IMG/VR virus record: IMGVR_UViG_3300005676_000020
Span: 64,001 to 128,000 of that record
Length of the DNA stretch: 64,000 nucleotides
Source of the DNA: a virus
Reading direction: 5' to 3' (one strand)
The notes under the pieces are model-generated. The model saw only the letters and a program-made list of their open reading frames with translations. It was not told where the DNA came from and made no database searches. The stretch's first letter is position 1, and each line of letters opens with the position of its first letter. Made by a program: the position numbers and the translations under genes. Of this stretch, positions 52,101-62,251 are shown piece by piece.

Positions 52101-53744
52101 ATGTCAAACACCCCAGTACTAAACAACGGTCTGTTTGTACGTGATACATCCTTTAAGGTTGAAAGTCACGTAGACAGCTACCACTTGCTTAACTTGGTTA
52201 AGCAGGAACAACCCACCGACCTTGGTGTGGTTGACCTTTGGGCCATGACCCAAAAGGTAGAAGCTCCGCTTTATCAGCTGGCTTCTTTTAAAGGTAGGAA
52301 CGTTATTTCTGTAGACGACCCTAAAGGTCAGTACAAATGGCGTATTCCGACTGCACAGGATCTCACTATTATCGTAGAGGACATCTCTGATGTAGACAAA
52401 CCTGGTATTGACGGAACAACTTTCCGTATCAAAACCAATCGCCGGTCTTTCGGCTACGGCTCAGTTCTCGGCTTCTCTAAGTATGCCGGTCCCGAGCTTT
52501 ACGTAGTTCCTGAAGATGTTGCGAAAATTGAACCTCATGGTGACGGTTGGGCTTATACAGTTCAGCTTGTCAACAATGACAACTTCAGATTCATCGACAA
52601 GAAGTATCTGAAGAACGGAACAAAAATCTTCCGTAAAACGTCAGTAAGAGGTGAGCACGGTCGTAGCTACGATGACCTGGGTGTTCTTAGCTCAGGATAT
52701 CGTGAGTACTACAACTACGTTGGTGGTGCTGAAGCTCACTCTCACTACTCAGTTTCCAGCAGAGCCGCTCTTATTGAAAAGAATGGAGTTACTGCAAATG
52801 GTGGTCTTAAAGTGACTGAAATTTGGAGAAGCTTTGATCCAGGTCTGGACCCAACAATTACCACTCTTGACGGTATGGTAAATAAGATGGGTGAAGACTA
52901 CGTAAGGCGTTCTATGAGCAACGGTACCTTGTTAAGAGGTTGGTTGCCGGCAATGGAAGCTGCTCACGTAAGTAAGATTGCAAGGGATATCGAAACCTAC
53001 CTCATGTGGGGTACTGGTGGCCGTATCCGTGAAAACGCAGATGACGTTCGTTTGAGTGTAGGTCTGTGGCATCAGCTTGACAGTTCTTACCGCAGGGTTT
53101 ACAACAAGGCTCAGTTTAACCTGGACTTGTTCCGTAGCGAGTTGTTCAACTTCTTTAATGGTAAAGAGAACTTTGTAGGTCCTGATCCTAAGAGAAGTAT
53201 TGTAGTTCAAACCGGTCTTGCCGGTATGAAACTGGCAACAGAAGCTATTGCAAAATACGCTTTCGCTCACGGATTTACAGTTAACGCCAGCGACATCGGC
53301 GCTATCACTAACAAAGGTATGGATTTGGGCTTCGGCTTCTCATTCACCTCATTCGTGATTCCATTCATCGCAAACGTTAAGTTTGTACTGAATCCTGCCC
53401 TGGATCCAGTTCATGACAATGACCTGGACAACCCGATAATCGACGGTTATCGTCTTAGCTCTTACAGCTTCATCATATTTGATGTAACTGAGAACATGAA
53501 CGATAATATCTATCTGTTGAAGCACTCAATCTACGACAAAGGTCTGATCTGGTTCGTAGAAGAAGGTGACATGTCTTACATGGCTCGTCAGCTTCAGGGC
53601 TTCAAGGGTAATCCTAAGATTTCCGGTTACGCAGTATATATGCGTCAAACAATGCCAAGCATCTGGGTTAAAGACCCCACTAAGGTTCTGAAGATAGTTA
53701 TGAGGAACCCGATCACCGGTCTTGCCTTCGGTGCGGCTAAGTAA
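52101..53744 (+). CDS. Major capsid protein
   Basis: 547 aa with highly biased codons, in the crAss gene order terL-portal-scaffold-MCP; ends IWVKDPTKVLKI. Confidence 0.85.
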   Translation: MSNTPVLNNGLFVRDTSFKVESHVDSYHLLNLVKQEQPTDLGVVDLWAMTQKVEAPLYQLASFKGRNVISVDDPKGQYKWRIPTAQDLTIIVEDISDVDKPGIDGTTFRIKTNRRSFGYGSVLGFSKYAGPELYVVPEDVAKIEPHGDGWAYTVQLVNNDNFRFIDKKYLKNGTKIFRKTSVRGEHGRSYDDLGVLSSGYREYYNYVGGAEAHSHYSVSSRAALIEKNGVTANGGLKVTEIWRSFDPGLDPTITTLDGMVNKMGEDYVRRSMSNGTLLRGWLPAMEAAHVSKIARDIETYLMWGTGGRIRENADDVRLSVGLWHQLDSSYRRVYNKAQFNLDLFRSELFNFFNGKENFVGPDPKRSIVVQTGLAGMKLATEAIAKYAFAHGFTVNASDIGAITNKGMDLGFGFSFTSFVIPFIANVKFVLNPALDPVHDNDLDNPIIDGYRLSSYSFIIFDVTENMNDNIYLLKHSIYDKGLIWFVEEGDMSYMARQLQGFKGNPKISGYAVYMRQTMPSIWVKDPTKVLKIVMRNPITGLAFGAAK

Positions 53745-53827
53745 TAATTGGGATGCGCCTTGGTACGGGCCCCTTGCGGGTATTGCGCAGTACGAATAAA
53801 GTATCTGAATAAGTACATCTTCCCATA

Positions 53828-53893
53828 ACGATGTTCCGCGTGGACGAACGGTAATTAAGTTTACCCGGCCTGGCTCGATACCAGGACATCGTC
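53828..53893 (+). ncRNA. tRNA-like structural element
   Basis: 7-bp ACGATGT/ACATCGT stem, T-arm-like CCTGG-CTCGATA-CCAGG, and a GGTAA-TTAAGT-TTACC arm. Confidence 0.55.
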
Positions 53894-53919
53894 AAAGAGA
53901 ATAACATAAAAATCAAATC

Positions 53920-54978
53920 ATGGCAACTACAGTGAAAAAAACAAACCAAACCCCGACTGTTGGCGGGCATTCCAACCTGGTAGATGAATTTCGCCAGTAC
54001 AAGTCAACAGACATTATTATCAGACCTTACATCAACCCTGAAGAACCGATTCAGAATATGGGTCTTGAAAAGTATGGTCAGGTGCTCTTTGAAGGAACGA
54101 TGCATGAACAGCAACTCCGATGTACGATGATCAATGGCGTAACTCGCTATATCACCGGTCTGGATGAGTTTGCAGAGGAGGTGAAAAGACTCCCTGATGC
54201 TGAAAGAGAAGCTCGTATAAAGGTGATACGGGAGACTGTATCAATGTTAGAGCGTGAGATATATGCGAACGAACTGGATGTGAACGATCCTTCGTTCTGG
54301 TCAAAGACCGTATTCTCTCCTAATAGAACCGAGTACTGGAGTACAGTTACGTTTAGTATCGGCAACGAAGGTAAATCACTGGACCCTAAAGATCCTCACC
54401 AATTGATTTTGATTATCGCCGCAGAGGCAGGAGGATTTGATGACGTAGCCGGTTCATACGACGAAGCTAAATCATCTGCTAAGCCCCCTAAGTTCTACCT
54501 GGAACGCAGGAAAGATACTAAAGTACAGGAAGCTAGGCTTAAGCAACTCAGGGACAAGGCAATATACGAACTGTATAAGATTCGCCAGGAAGAACCTCAA
54601 AAGTTATTCTGGTTTGCCAAAAACCTGTTGCCGATTGCAAATCAGTACAAAAAGACTGACCCGATTGAAATCTGGTACAGTGACCTGAGCTCCTTTATTG
54701 AAGGAACCGGTATTGAGCAGGATAAGAAGAAAGCGCCGGTTAAGTTCATTACCATGACAGAAAAGGAAATGGACTATATTCAAATCCGGGCATATGTACT
54801 TGAAGCAGCGTTCTTGAAACATCTGATAACAAAAGCAGATAACCGAATTTATAACAGGGAGACCAATACGATGCTTGGTGGAAACCTCGAAGAAGTAGTG
54901 GAATTCCTTAAACAACCTGTCAATCAGAATGAACTGGATGCTATCCAGGATAGGATTGACAAGATATGGAGTAGATAA
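53920..54978 (+). CDS. Conserved crAss-like protein following MCP
   Basis: 352 aa in a conserved position. Confidence 0.6.
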   Translation: MATTVKKTNQTPTVGGHSNLVDEFRQYKSTDIIIRPYINPEEPIQNMGLEKYGQVLFEGTMHEQQLRCTMINGVTRYITGLDEFAEEVKRLPDAEREARIKVIRETVSMLEREIYANELDVNDPSFWSKTVFSPNRTEYWSTVTFSIGNEGKSLDPKDPHQLILIIAAEAGGFDDVAGSYDEAKSSAKPPKFYLERRKDTKVQEARLKQLRDKAIYELYKIRQEEPQKLFWFAKNLLPIANQYKKTDPIEIWYSDLSSFIEGTGIEQDKKKAPVKFITMTEKEMDYIQIRAYVLEAAFLKHLITKADNRIYNRETNTMLGGNLEEVVEFLKQPVNQNELDAIQDRIDKIWSR

Positions 54979-54980
54979 CC

Positions 54981-55679
54981 ATGGACAATAAACTCCTCAG
55001 GCTGAAGTTAAAGCAAAGGCTAAATAAGCTGGCAAGCAATGATTTCACCAATCTGGAGTGTTGGCAGGAAGCTGAGCTTATCAACAAAGCCCAGTTACAG
55101 ATAGTGAGAAGGAACCTTCACGGAAATAACATATACCAGGAGGGTGACGAACAGTCTACTACTAGAGTAGACGACTTCCAGAAACTTCTCCTGCAGAAAG
55201 AACTCCGTGGCACAAACAATCTACTGTTCTTTGAAACCGTTCCTTTGCCTCCTAACTACTTGAAGTTCAAGCGGGTAACCGTCTGGGCTACAACAAAAGA
55301 ATGTAAGACGGAGCGGAGAATGACAGTTTCTCTTGTCGAAGAAGCTAACATTGATGAGCTTCTGGCAGACAACCTGCTAAGACCTTCGTTCAAATGGGCA
55401 GAAACCTTCTGTACATTGATCGGAGATAAGGTGAGAATCTATACCGGTGGCGACTTTTCAGTACAGGAATGCAGGCTGACCTACTATAGGATGCCAAGAC
55501 CTGTAATATTCGAAGGTTGCCGGGATGTTAACGATAACGCCGGCACAGACCAGGAACTGGAATTCAAGGACGATGTCATCGAAATGATACTCGATGAGGC
55601 TGTTGCGATAGCTGCAGCCGACATGAACGACTACAATAACTACAGTCGTGCAAAAGAAAATGTAGAAAATGGCAATTAA
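54981..55679 (+). CDS. Tail ring/adaptor-like structural protein
   Basis: LNKLASND...INKAQ...LPPNYL...LTYYRMP...EMILDEAV pattern of crAss ring proteins. Confidence 0.65.
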   Translation: MDNKLLRLKLKQRLNKLASNDFTNLECWQEAELINKAQLQIVRRNLHGNNIYQEGDEQSTTRVDDFQKLLLQKELRGTNNLLFFETVPLPPNYLKFKRVTVWATTKECKTERRMTVSLVEEANIDELLADNLLRPSFKWAETFCTLIGDKVRIYTGGDFSVQECRLTYYRMPRPVIFEGCRDVNDNAGTDQELEFKDDVIEMILDEAVAIAAADMNDYNNYSRAKENVENGN

Positions 55680-55725
55680 ATGCTTATATTATTAATGTCT
55701 ATTTATTAACCTAAAAACGTAAAAC

Positions 55726-57462
55726 ATGTATTTTTCTAACCACTTCCACAAGGCGTTTTTGAACCTGTCCGGTGCCATTAGGCAAACCGGTGCTAGTTCA
55801 GACCTGATCGCCGGTCAGTTGGGTTTTGCAGATGCAAAAACCTGGGACCTGGTCAGCGTAGCAAATGCCGACGTGGCAAATCACCCGTTAGTTGTTCTGT
55901 GTCAGGGTTCACTCTACCAGAACGATAAAATCGGAAAATTCCATGGTGGCTACATGGAATCTGTAAAATCAAGACCTATCAACGGTCGACTCATCACCAA
56001 GTTTACAAAATTTGTACCTCGCGATGAGAAGCCACATGCTGTTCAAATTGGCTACAATGGTAACGTAGATTGTGCCTGCCCTGAATTCGAGAAAGACAAA
56101 ACTTACTACCTGCGCGTAGAAGTTAAAGGTTCTCCTGTTCTGCGTACTTACACCAGGAACCTGTACAGGACCTTTGGTGTGTACACCGGCTGCCCTTCTG
56201 CCGATTGTCCTGATTTGACATGTTCACAGACAGCTGACCCCAAAAAGGTTTTCGAAGCTTTTGCAGCTCAGATTGTAGAAGACCCCGAAATCGCCCAGTT
56301 CTTAAAAGAAGTAAAAGTAGTAACACAAGGTACAACCTCTGTTACCGGCTCTACTGTAAGAACTTACAGAGGTTCTGTATGCGATGAAGGTAACATCCGG
56401 GCAATCGCCGAAGTGCTTGCTCACTTCCCTAAAGCAAAGCTTGTAGACCGCCAGGGTAATACCAGCACCTACGAGATCAAAACTGTAGACGATGCCGTTG
56501 CTCCAGATGACCTGGATGGTGGCGAACTCTCTTGTGGAGATCTGGTATGGAGCCTGTATAATATCTCCTACAAGGTTCAGAAAGTAATCTGTCTGACCTT
56601 GCCGCTGAAAAGCGACGGTTCTTCTAACCTGAGCGATGTTCAGACCGCTTTTGCCGACAACGACAAGATCGTAGAAGGTTCAATCGTTCTGGGCGATGGT
56701 AACTGTACTACTACAACTACCACTACCAGCTCAACCACAACCACTTCTACATCAACTACTACAACTACTACCGAAGCTGGAACCAGCTACGTAGGTTGTA
56801 CTGAAACAATCCAGGCTACTATCCTGTCTGACAACGAAGTCGACCTGGTTTGCGAAGGTGTTGATTCTGCAGTATTCTCTATGCCACAGTCCTACAACGG
56901 ATATATGTGGGAAGAGTGTCCTTGCTGCACTGTAGCTGACGATACTGACCAGTGTGTTGGTCTTCGTCTGGTTGCTAAGAAGAGCACCGAGATCACTGAC
57001 CAGTTCTCTAACTGCAGCTTCGACCCAATGGATCATGTTGAAACTGAGCCCATTACGATAATCGTAAGCTTCGTTAACATGTTCGGTGAAGCTTGTAGCT
57101 TCAAATCCCTGCCTGTTACCGAAATCCAGCAGCCGGTTATCCCAGAAGGTCTTGGAGAGTTCGCTCTGAGAGAGCTTCTGTTGAGCGCAAGCTACCAGCA
57201 GGATTGGTTCACTGGTGACCAAAGGATGAGAGAAGTGTTGAGCTTCCCTTACCTGGATGCCATCGATCGCAAGGCCAAATATGTGATATACACTATCACA
57301 CACACCATCCCCACAGGCATAGGACCTTCCGGTACTATCGGCCAGGATAGGTTCCTCTACAAAATCTTCGTAGAACAAGGCGTAAACGCCTCTACTTTCG
57401 AAGGTTGGATGAACGCCTACCTGACCTCTGCAGGAACTGGTGTAGCACTCGAAACACTGTAA
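55726..57462 (+). CDS. Abundant structural protein (auxiliary capsid-like) with a poly-Thr insert
   Basis: Own promoter motif and terminator, MCP-like codon bias, Thr/Ser tract at 56707-56772. Confidence 0.6.
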   Translation: MYFSNHFHKAFLNLSGAIRQTGASSDLIAGQLGFADAKTWDLVSVANADVANHPLVVLCQGSLYQNDKIGKFHGGYMESVKSRPINGRLITKFTKFVPRDEKPHAVQIGYNGNVDCACPEFEKDKTYYLRVEVKGSPVLRTYTRNLYRTFGVYTGCPSADCPDLTCSQTADPKKVFEAFAAQIVEDPEIAQFLKEVKVVTQGTTSVTGSTVRTYRGSVCDEGNIRAIAEVLAHFPKAKLVDRQGNTSTYEIKTVDDAVAPDDLDGGELSCGDLVWSLYNISYKVQKVICLTLPLKSDGSSNLSDVQTAFADNDKIVEGSIVLGDGNCTTTTTTTSSTTTTSTSTTTTTTEAGTSYVGCTETIQATILSDNEVDLVCEGVDSAVFSMPQSYNGYMWEECPCCTVADDTDQCVGLRLVAKKSTEITDQFSNCSFDPMDHVETEPITIIVSFVNMFGEACSFKSLPVTEIQQPVIPEGLGEFALRELLLSASYQQDWFTGDQRMREVLSFPYLDAIDRKAKYVIYTITHTIPTGIGPSGTIGQDRFLYKIFVEQGVNASTFEGWMNAYLTSAGTGVALETL

Positions 57463-57489
57463 TTTAGCATAGGCCCTTCTTCACAAAGT

Positions 57490-57520
57490 AAGCCGCCCCT
57501 TTCTAGGGGTGGCTTTTTTT
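57490..57520 (+). terminator. Intrinsic terminator
   Basis: AAGCCGCCCCT-TTCT-AGGGGTGGC followed by T7. Confidence 0.8.
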
Positions 57521-57569
57521 CTTGGCAGTGTCCTATTTTAGGTGTATATTATATTGAAAAACTCTGTCT

Positions 57570-58642
57570 ATGGCCCATGAACTTTCTCTGGAAGTACCTT
57601 CTATTTCCAACCCCAAAGCAATGAGAATCTACGATACTTCGCTTTGGGATGACACTTTGACGGTTACCAGCCGGAAGCTGGATATTATACCGCCAGGGTA
57701 TACTAACTCTACCACATTTACAGTGGTCAAGGGCTTTGACGAGCTGTACAACTCCTCAAACCTGGGAATAACCTCAACCACCGACCCATCAGCGATGTCA
57801 AACCTTCCTGATGGGATATATATTTTAAGGCTTACGGCCATTCATGGTTCAGATGAAGTATGGGTTGAATATAACCATCTCAGACAGGTTTGTCTTTTAA
57901 AAGATTATTACAAAGCTCTCTGTACTCTCAACTTCTATCCATGTGATACTATAGATGTGAATCTTGAGGCGAAACGGAAAGAGTTAATGACCATTAAGTC
58001 CTACATTGACGCGGCCAAAGCTAAGGTTGAATGGTGTAATGCTCCCGGTGAGGGGATAGCGCTACACAACTTTGCCAGGAAGATGATGGACCGGTTCTCT
58101 TTAGAAAAATGTAAAAACTGTTAATATGGGCGCAGCGGTATGTCCAAATTGTGGAACCAAGTATAGCTGTTCATGTAAACTAAGGACTGCATCAGACGGG
58201 ACAAAATGTTGCTCAAAATGCATCCAGACCTATGAACAGAGGAAGAAAGCAACCAAACCGGCGGTAAATCTAAATGTAATAAACGTTAAGACTAATGGTT
58301 AGTTGCTATGAAAGCCTTGATAACGGACTGGAATGTCAGCTAAAGAAGATAAAATGCTTGTTTGCTGACAGGATCTATTCTAATTTCAAGGAGATAAAAT
58401 ATGGTATACGTCCCTGTAAGGAGATGTATTCGGTTCTGTTCTTGTCAGATATGAAGGAGTTGTTGGAATATATCTACTCTATGGACCTTTCTAACTTCGA
58501 CAAAAATACTTACAAGAACTCAATACTGAACAACGACCAGCTTTTACAAATGGCGAAGGACGGGTGTATCCCTGAATTTGCCGTAGAGACACTGAAGGTA
58601 TGTAACATATCAACACTAATAGAAAAAATCAACTCACTGTGA
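57570..58642 (+). CDS. Three putative structural/assembly proteins (57570-58124, Cys-rich 58126-58302, 58295-58642)
   Basis: Coupled ORFs. 58126-58302 reads MGAAVCPNCGTKYSCSCKLRTASDGTKCCSKC... and is missed by the track. Confidence 0.55.
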
Positions 58643-59928
58643 TAAAAACAAACTCCTCTTCGACAAACCCTTGCGGCAACGGAACAACTTCCGAGTGTGT
58701 TACCTGGGAAGGACCGGATATAGAATGTCTCGGCATTGAAAAAGGCCAGACTATATCGGTTGCCATGGAAATTTTAGCCAATGAAATATGTGAGCTAAAA
58801 GAATCCCTGGACCTGAGCGACCTAGACCTGAAATGCTTGTTTGATATCTGTGCAGACTGCCCCGACCCGGTTAAAACCCTTAGGACAGTACTGGAGCTTA
58901 TCATCAACAAGATCTGTTCAATCCAGGAAACTATAGACGCGCTGAATTTGTCCACGTCCACCGGTTCTGACCCTATCCTGACACTGGCAAGTTGTTTCCA
59001 ATACACCTCAGCTGAAGGAGATCTGATAGTCGAACTACCACACACTACCTATACAAAGCGTATAGCAACTAAGGTCTGTGAACTGGTTCTTAACGTATCA
59101 GCCCTGCAGGATGATGTAGCTGACCTTCAAGATACTGTCAGCGACCTCCAGACCCAGATAAATGCGCTGGACCTGAACATACCTGATGTTAACTCTGACT
59201 GTCTGTTTGTAGGGACAAAGTCAATAGCCGACGCCTGGGAACTGCTTGATGCAGCTTTTTGTCAACTTCGTACAGGAGTAGGTACTATAACTGAGATAAA
59301 CCTGGCCATTAGCCGGCAGTGTTCTGAACTGAACGCTGAGTTTGGCGGTGAACCGGGATGGGTTGCCGTACCTGAAAATATTGCAGATTCTTTAAATAAC
59401 CTGTGGATTGCATTCTGCGCTGTAAAAGCTGTACAGGATACTTGTTGTGCAGTTACCTGCGATGATGTTCTCATCGGCTTCAACGCCACATACAGTGAAG
59501 ATAACACTGAAGTTATCCTCACATTTACTTCTGGCGCAGGAACCAGTCTGCCAAATGGATTTACTGATATCGGCTCTACTATCAATATCACCGACATTGA
59601 CGGTAACGTGGCCACATTTAACACCGGCGGCGCCGATGTGATAGAGCTTAACGCTGAGCTCGAAGTCAATGTTACAGGTTTGAACCTGAACGGAGACCTT
59701 GTCATAACAATCGACACTAATATAAGTAACGGAACACTTACTTGTAGCAAGTGTATCACTAAAACAATCAAAAAACCAAATTGTGCTTACTGTGAGATTT
59801 GCGCAGAAGGTGAAGATGGTTCATATGTGGTTATCACCTACCGTCTTGAAGGTAGCAGCATAGTCACAAACTATGAGCCTACAACTACCACCACTTCTAC
59901 GACAACAACCACAACTGCAGCACCATAA
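58639..59928 (+). CDS. Cys-rich fibre-like protein with a coiled coil and C-terminal poly-Thr
   Basis: SECVTWEGPDI N-terminal motif, heptads, PTTTTTSTTTTTTAAP end. Confidence 0.6.
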   Translation: MIKTNSSSTNPCGNGTTSECVTWEGPDIECLGIEKGQTISVAMEILANEICELKESLDLSDLDLKCLFDICADCPDPVKTLRTVLELIINKICSIQETIDALNLSTSTGSDPILTLASCFQYTSAEGDLIVELPHTTYTKRIATKVCELVLNVSALQDDVADLQDTVSDLQTQINALDLNIPDVNSDCLFVGTKSIADAWELLDAAFCQLRTGVGTITEINLAISRQCSELNAEFGGEPGWVAVPENIADSLNNLWIAFCAVKAVQDTCCAVTCDDVLIGFNATYSEDNTEVILTFTSGAGTSLPNGFTDIGSTINITDIDGNVATFNTGGADVIELNAELEVNVTGLNLNGDLVITIDTNISNGTLTCSKCITKTIKKPNCAYCEICAEGEDGSYVVITYRLEGSSIVTNYEPTTTTTSTTTTTTAAP

Positions 59929-59938
59929 AACAAATACA

Positions 59939-60445
59939 ATGGCAACACCTTTAGGAACAACAACACTTAAATCTGTATCTATCAAGGCGGGAGAATGCGT
60001 AGTTCTCCCTGCCGGAGCAGAAGTTATTGCCGTAACTACAAGCGGTAGTATAACAGCCACTTCTTCCTGTGGTACTCTCCCTACGCCCGGCAGCTTTAAA
60101 TGCTGGCGTTTTAAGTGGGGTGAGGGCACTTTTGAATCAGATGGTTTTGGCGACTGTTATTTTACAGGTATTCAAATAGGAGATACTCTATATGACGTTG
60201 TAGGGGCACCTGTAGCTGAAGCAAATACATGGGATAACGGAGCCGACTTCCTTGCCCAGGCTATACCTGTAGCAACCCCTCCGGGTTTAGTAGACAGTGT
60301 AACCAGCAGCGGTGGTGAGGCAGTACATCCTAAGTGTTTAATAATCAACATACCCGAAGAACTCGGTCAACCTATTCTGTTCTGGAGTAATCCTGGTTTT
60401 GAATATGGAGCCTATTATGGAGAAGAAGATCAGTGTTCATGTTAA
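59939..60445 (+). CDS. Putative structural protein
   Basis: Start MATPLGTTT; beta-rich. Confidence 0.55.
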   Translation: MATPLGTTTLKSVSIKAGECVVLPAGAEVIAVTTSGSITATSSCGTLPTPGSFKCWRFKWGEGTFESDGFGDCYFTGIQIGDTLYDVVGAPVAEANTWDNGADFLAQAIPVATPPGLVDSVTSSGGEAVHPKCLIINIPEELGQPILFWSNPGFEYGAYYGEEDQCSC

Positions 60446-60456
60446 AACTCTAATTA

Positions 60457-61044
60457 ATGTCTATCAAATTCTCATTTTTATGCTTTGACGGTTGTCCGTT
60501 CATACTTGATGCCAGTTGTGTAGACTATACTGGACCGGATTTGAACAACCTGTTCAATATGCCTACAGACAGTACGCTGGAGGAGATTATACAGAGTATT
60601 GACGCATTGACTTTTGTCCAAACACCGTTCACGGCAATAGGTACTAACTCCATTATAGCAATAGCCGGAGGTACCATAGGACATTCACCAGAATACCGCG
60701 TAAGAAGGAACCCTTCTGCAAATAATGCTATAACCTCTAGCACTGACGGTCTTAAAGTAACATCAAGTTCTATAGGTGACGGTAAGGTAAAAGTAAATGC
60801 AGGAGACACTAAAGACTATCTGGAAAATCAGATTGATGGCGACACTGACGGTATTGTAACAATAAATATCCAAAAGATAGGTGGAAAGCTGAGATTTGTG
60901 CCGGCGATAGACATAGATGCTCTGTTAGACGAAATAGAGAACAACCATCTAACAACTTTCTGCTCTATGATAAATGACTGTATCCCTAAAGGAATAAAAA
61001 CATTCACTAGTTCAACAACAACTACAACAACAATCCCTACATAA
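60457..61044 (+). CDS. Fibre-like protein with C-terminal poly-Thr
   Basis: DASCVDYTGPDL...GDGKVKV; paralog of the next gene. Confidence 0.6.
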   Translation: MSIKFSFLCFDGCPFILDASCVDYTGPDLNNLFNMPTDSTLEEIIQSIDALTFVQTPFTAIGTNSIIAIAGGTIGHSPEYRVRRNPSANNAITSSTDGLKVTSSSIGDGKVKVNAGDTKDYLENQIDGDTDGIVTINIQKIGGKLRFVPAIDIDALLDEIENNHLTTFCSMINDCIPKGIKTFTSSTTTTTTIPT

Positions 61045-62249
61045 TGAGTAACTGTTCTACTACTACAACGACAACTTGCTATCCCTGTAATCAATCAGGG
61101 ATTGACTGTGAATGCCCAAATGGCAGAGTTGATGCCGGTTGTGTGCAGTATACCGGTCCAGACCTTGAGAATTTCGACATAAACTCAGGGGATTACCTGG
61201 ATGATATACTGCAGAAACTGGATCAGCTGATATTTGCAGAAACAGCATTTACTGCTAATTCATCTGACTCTATTGTTGCTACTGCCGGTGGAACAAATGG
61301 TCACTCGCCAATTTACGAAGTTAGAATTGACCCTGATAGTGATAACTTAATAACAGTAAGTGCACTTGGTCTGATGGTTGATATAAACTCAGGGGGTGAT
61401 GGTAAGGTAAAAGTTGATGCTGGCGACCCTAAAGATTACCTGGAAGACCAGCTTGAGGGTGGGACAGATGGTATTATAAGCCTGTCCACGGTTACTATAG
61501 GTGGAGTAGTATATGTAGTACCTAGTCTGGATGTTGCAGCACTACTCGATGAAATTGAACAAAATCACCTGGTAAGACTTTGCCAGATTGTTCAAAACTG
61601 CATACCTGAAGAAGTAGAATGTATACCTTATATTCTAATGAATACTGGAGAAAGTCAGGTTGTTTATACATATACTAATTGTGAAGGAGTAGAAGTTCCA
61701 GGAAACACCCTTGAAGCGGGAGATTCTACCAACGTGTTCTGTGCTCTGGAAGGTTCTGTCCTGGTTACTGACAACAGTACAACAGAGCTGGTGGTAGTTG
61801 CTGACTATGATTGTAATACTACAACGACCACTACAACTACGACAACTACGACGTCTACAACTACTACAACCACTTCAGGACTTGTTTATTTCAACTTGCA
61901 TAATGAGGGAGTTGCTGTAATAGACACCTATTTACAAGACTCTAACTCCTTGATATACTATGTAATAGACAATACTACAGGCTCTGGTCAGGAATCTAAT
62001 TACTCGTTTAACCCTGTTGGTTCCGATGTAAATATTATCCTACAGAACTTTACAGCTCGTCCAGAACTGGTTATTGGCGTGGTTATCTACCTCAACGGAG
62101 GTATTATATTTGACTCTATAGAAAGTATTGGAGATTTCCTGGAAGAGGAAATTCTAATATCAGCCGGAGATGTAATAGATGTTTACTTATATCCAACCTC
62201 TGGAGGAACAACTAGTTCATCGACCACTACAACTACGACAACATCATAA
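61044..62249 (+). CDS. Fibre-like protein with three poly-Thr tracts
   Basis: DAGCVQYTGPDL...GDGKVKV; Thr tracts at the N-terminus, middle and C-terminus. Confidence 0.6.
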   Translation: MSNCSTTTTTTCYPCNQSGIDCECPNGRVDAGCVQYTGPDLENFDINSGDYLDDILQKLDQLIFAETAFTANSSDSIVATAGGTNGHSPIYEVRIDPDSDNLITVSALGLMVDINSGGDGKVKVDAGDPKDYLEDQLEGGTDGIISLSTVTIGGVVYVVPSLDVAALLDEIEQNHLVRLCQIVQNCIPEEVECIPYILMNTGESQVVYTYTNCEGVEVPGNTLEAGDSTNVFCALEGSVLVTDNSTTELVVVADYDCNTTTTTTTTTTTTSTTTTTTSGLVYFNLHNEGVAVIDTYLQDSNSLIYYVIDNTTGSGQESNYSFNPVGSDVNIILQNFTARPELVIGVVIYLNGGIIFDSIESIGDFLEEEILISAGDVIDVYLYPTSGGTTSSSTTTTTTTS

Positions 62250-62251
62250 TT

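Noticed and set aside
59873-59938. ORF-track N-terminal extension (MSLQLPPLLRQQPQLQ) suggesting a frameshift fusion
   Set aside because: It is the alternative frame of the Thr tract. ATG 59939 has a normal A-rich leader and no slippery site is evident.
60457-61600. DGR template/variable repeat pair
   Set aside because: Differences between the paralogous segments are mostly synonymous and not adenine-specific; no reverse transcriptase is present in the window.
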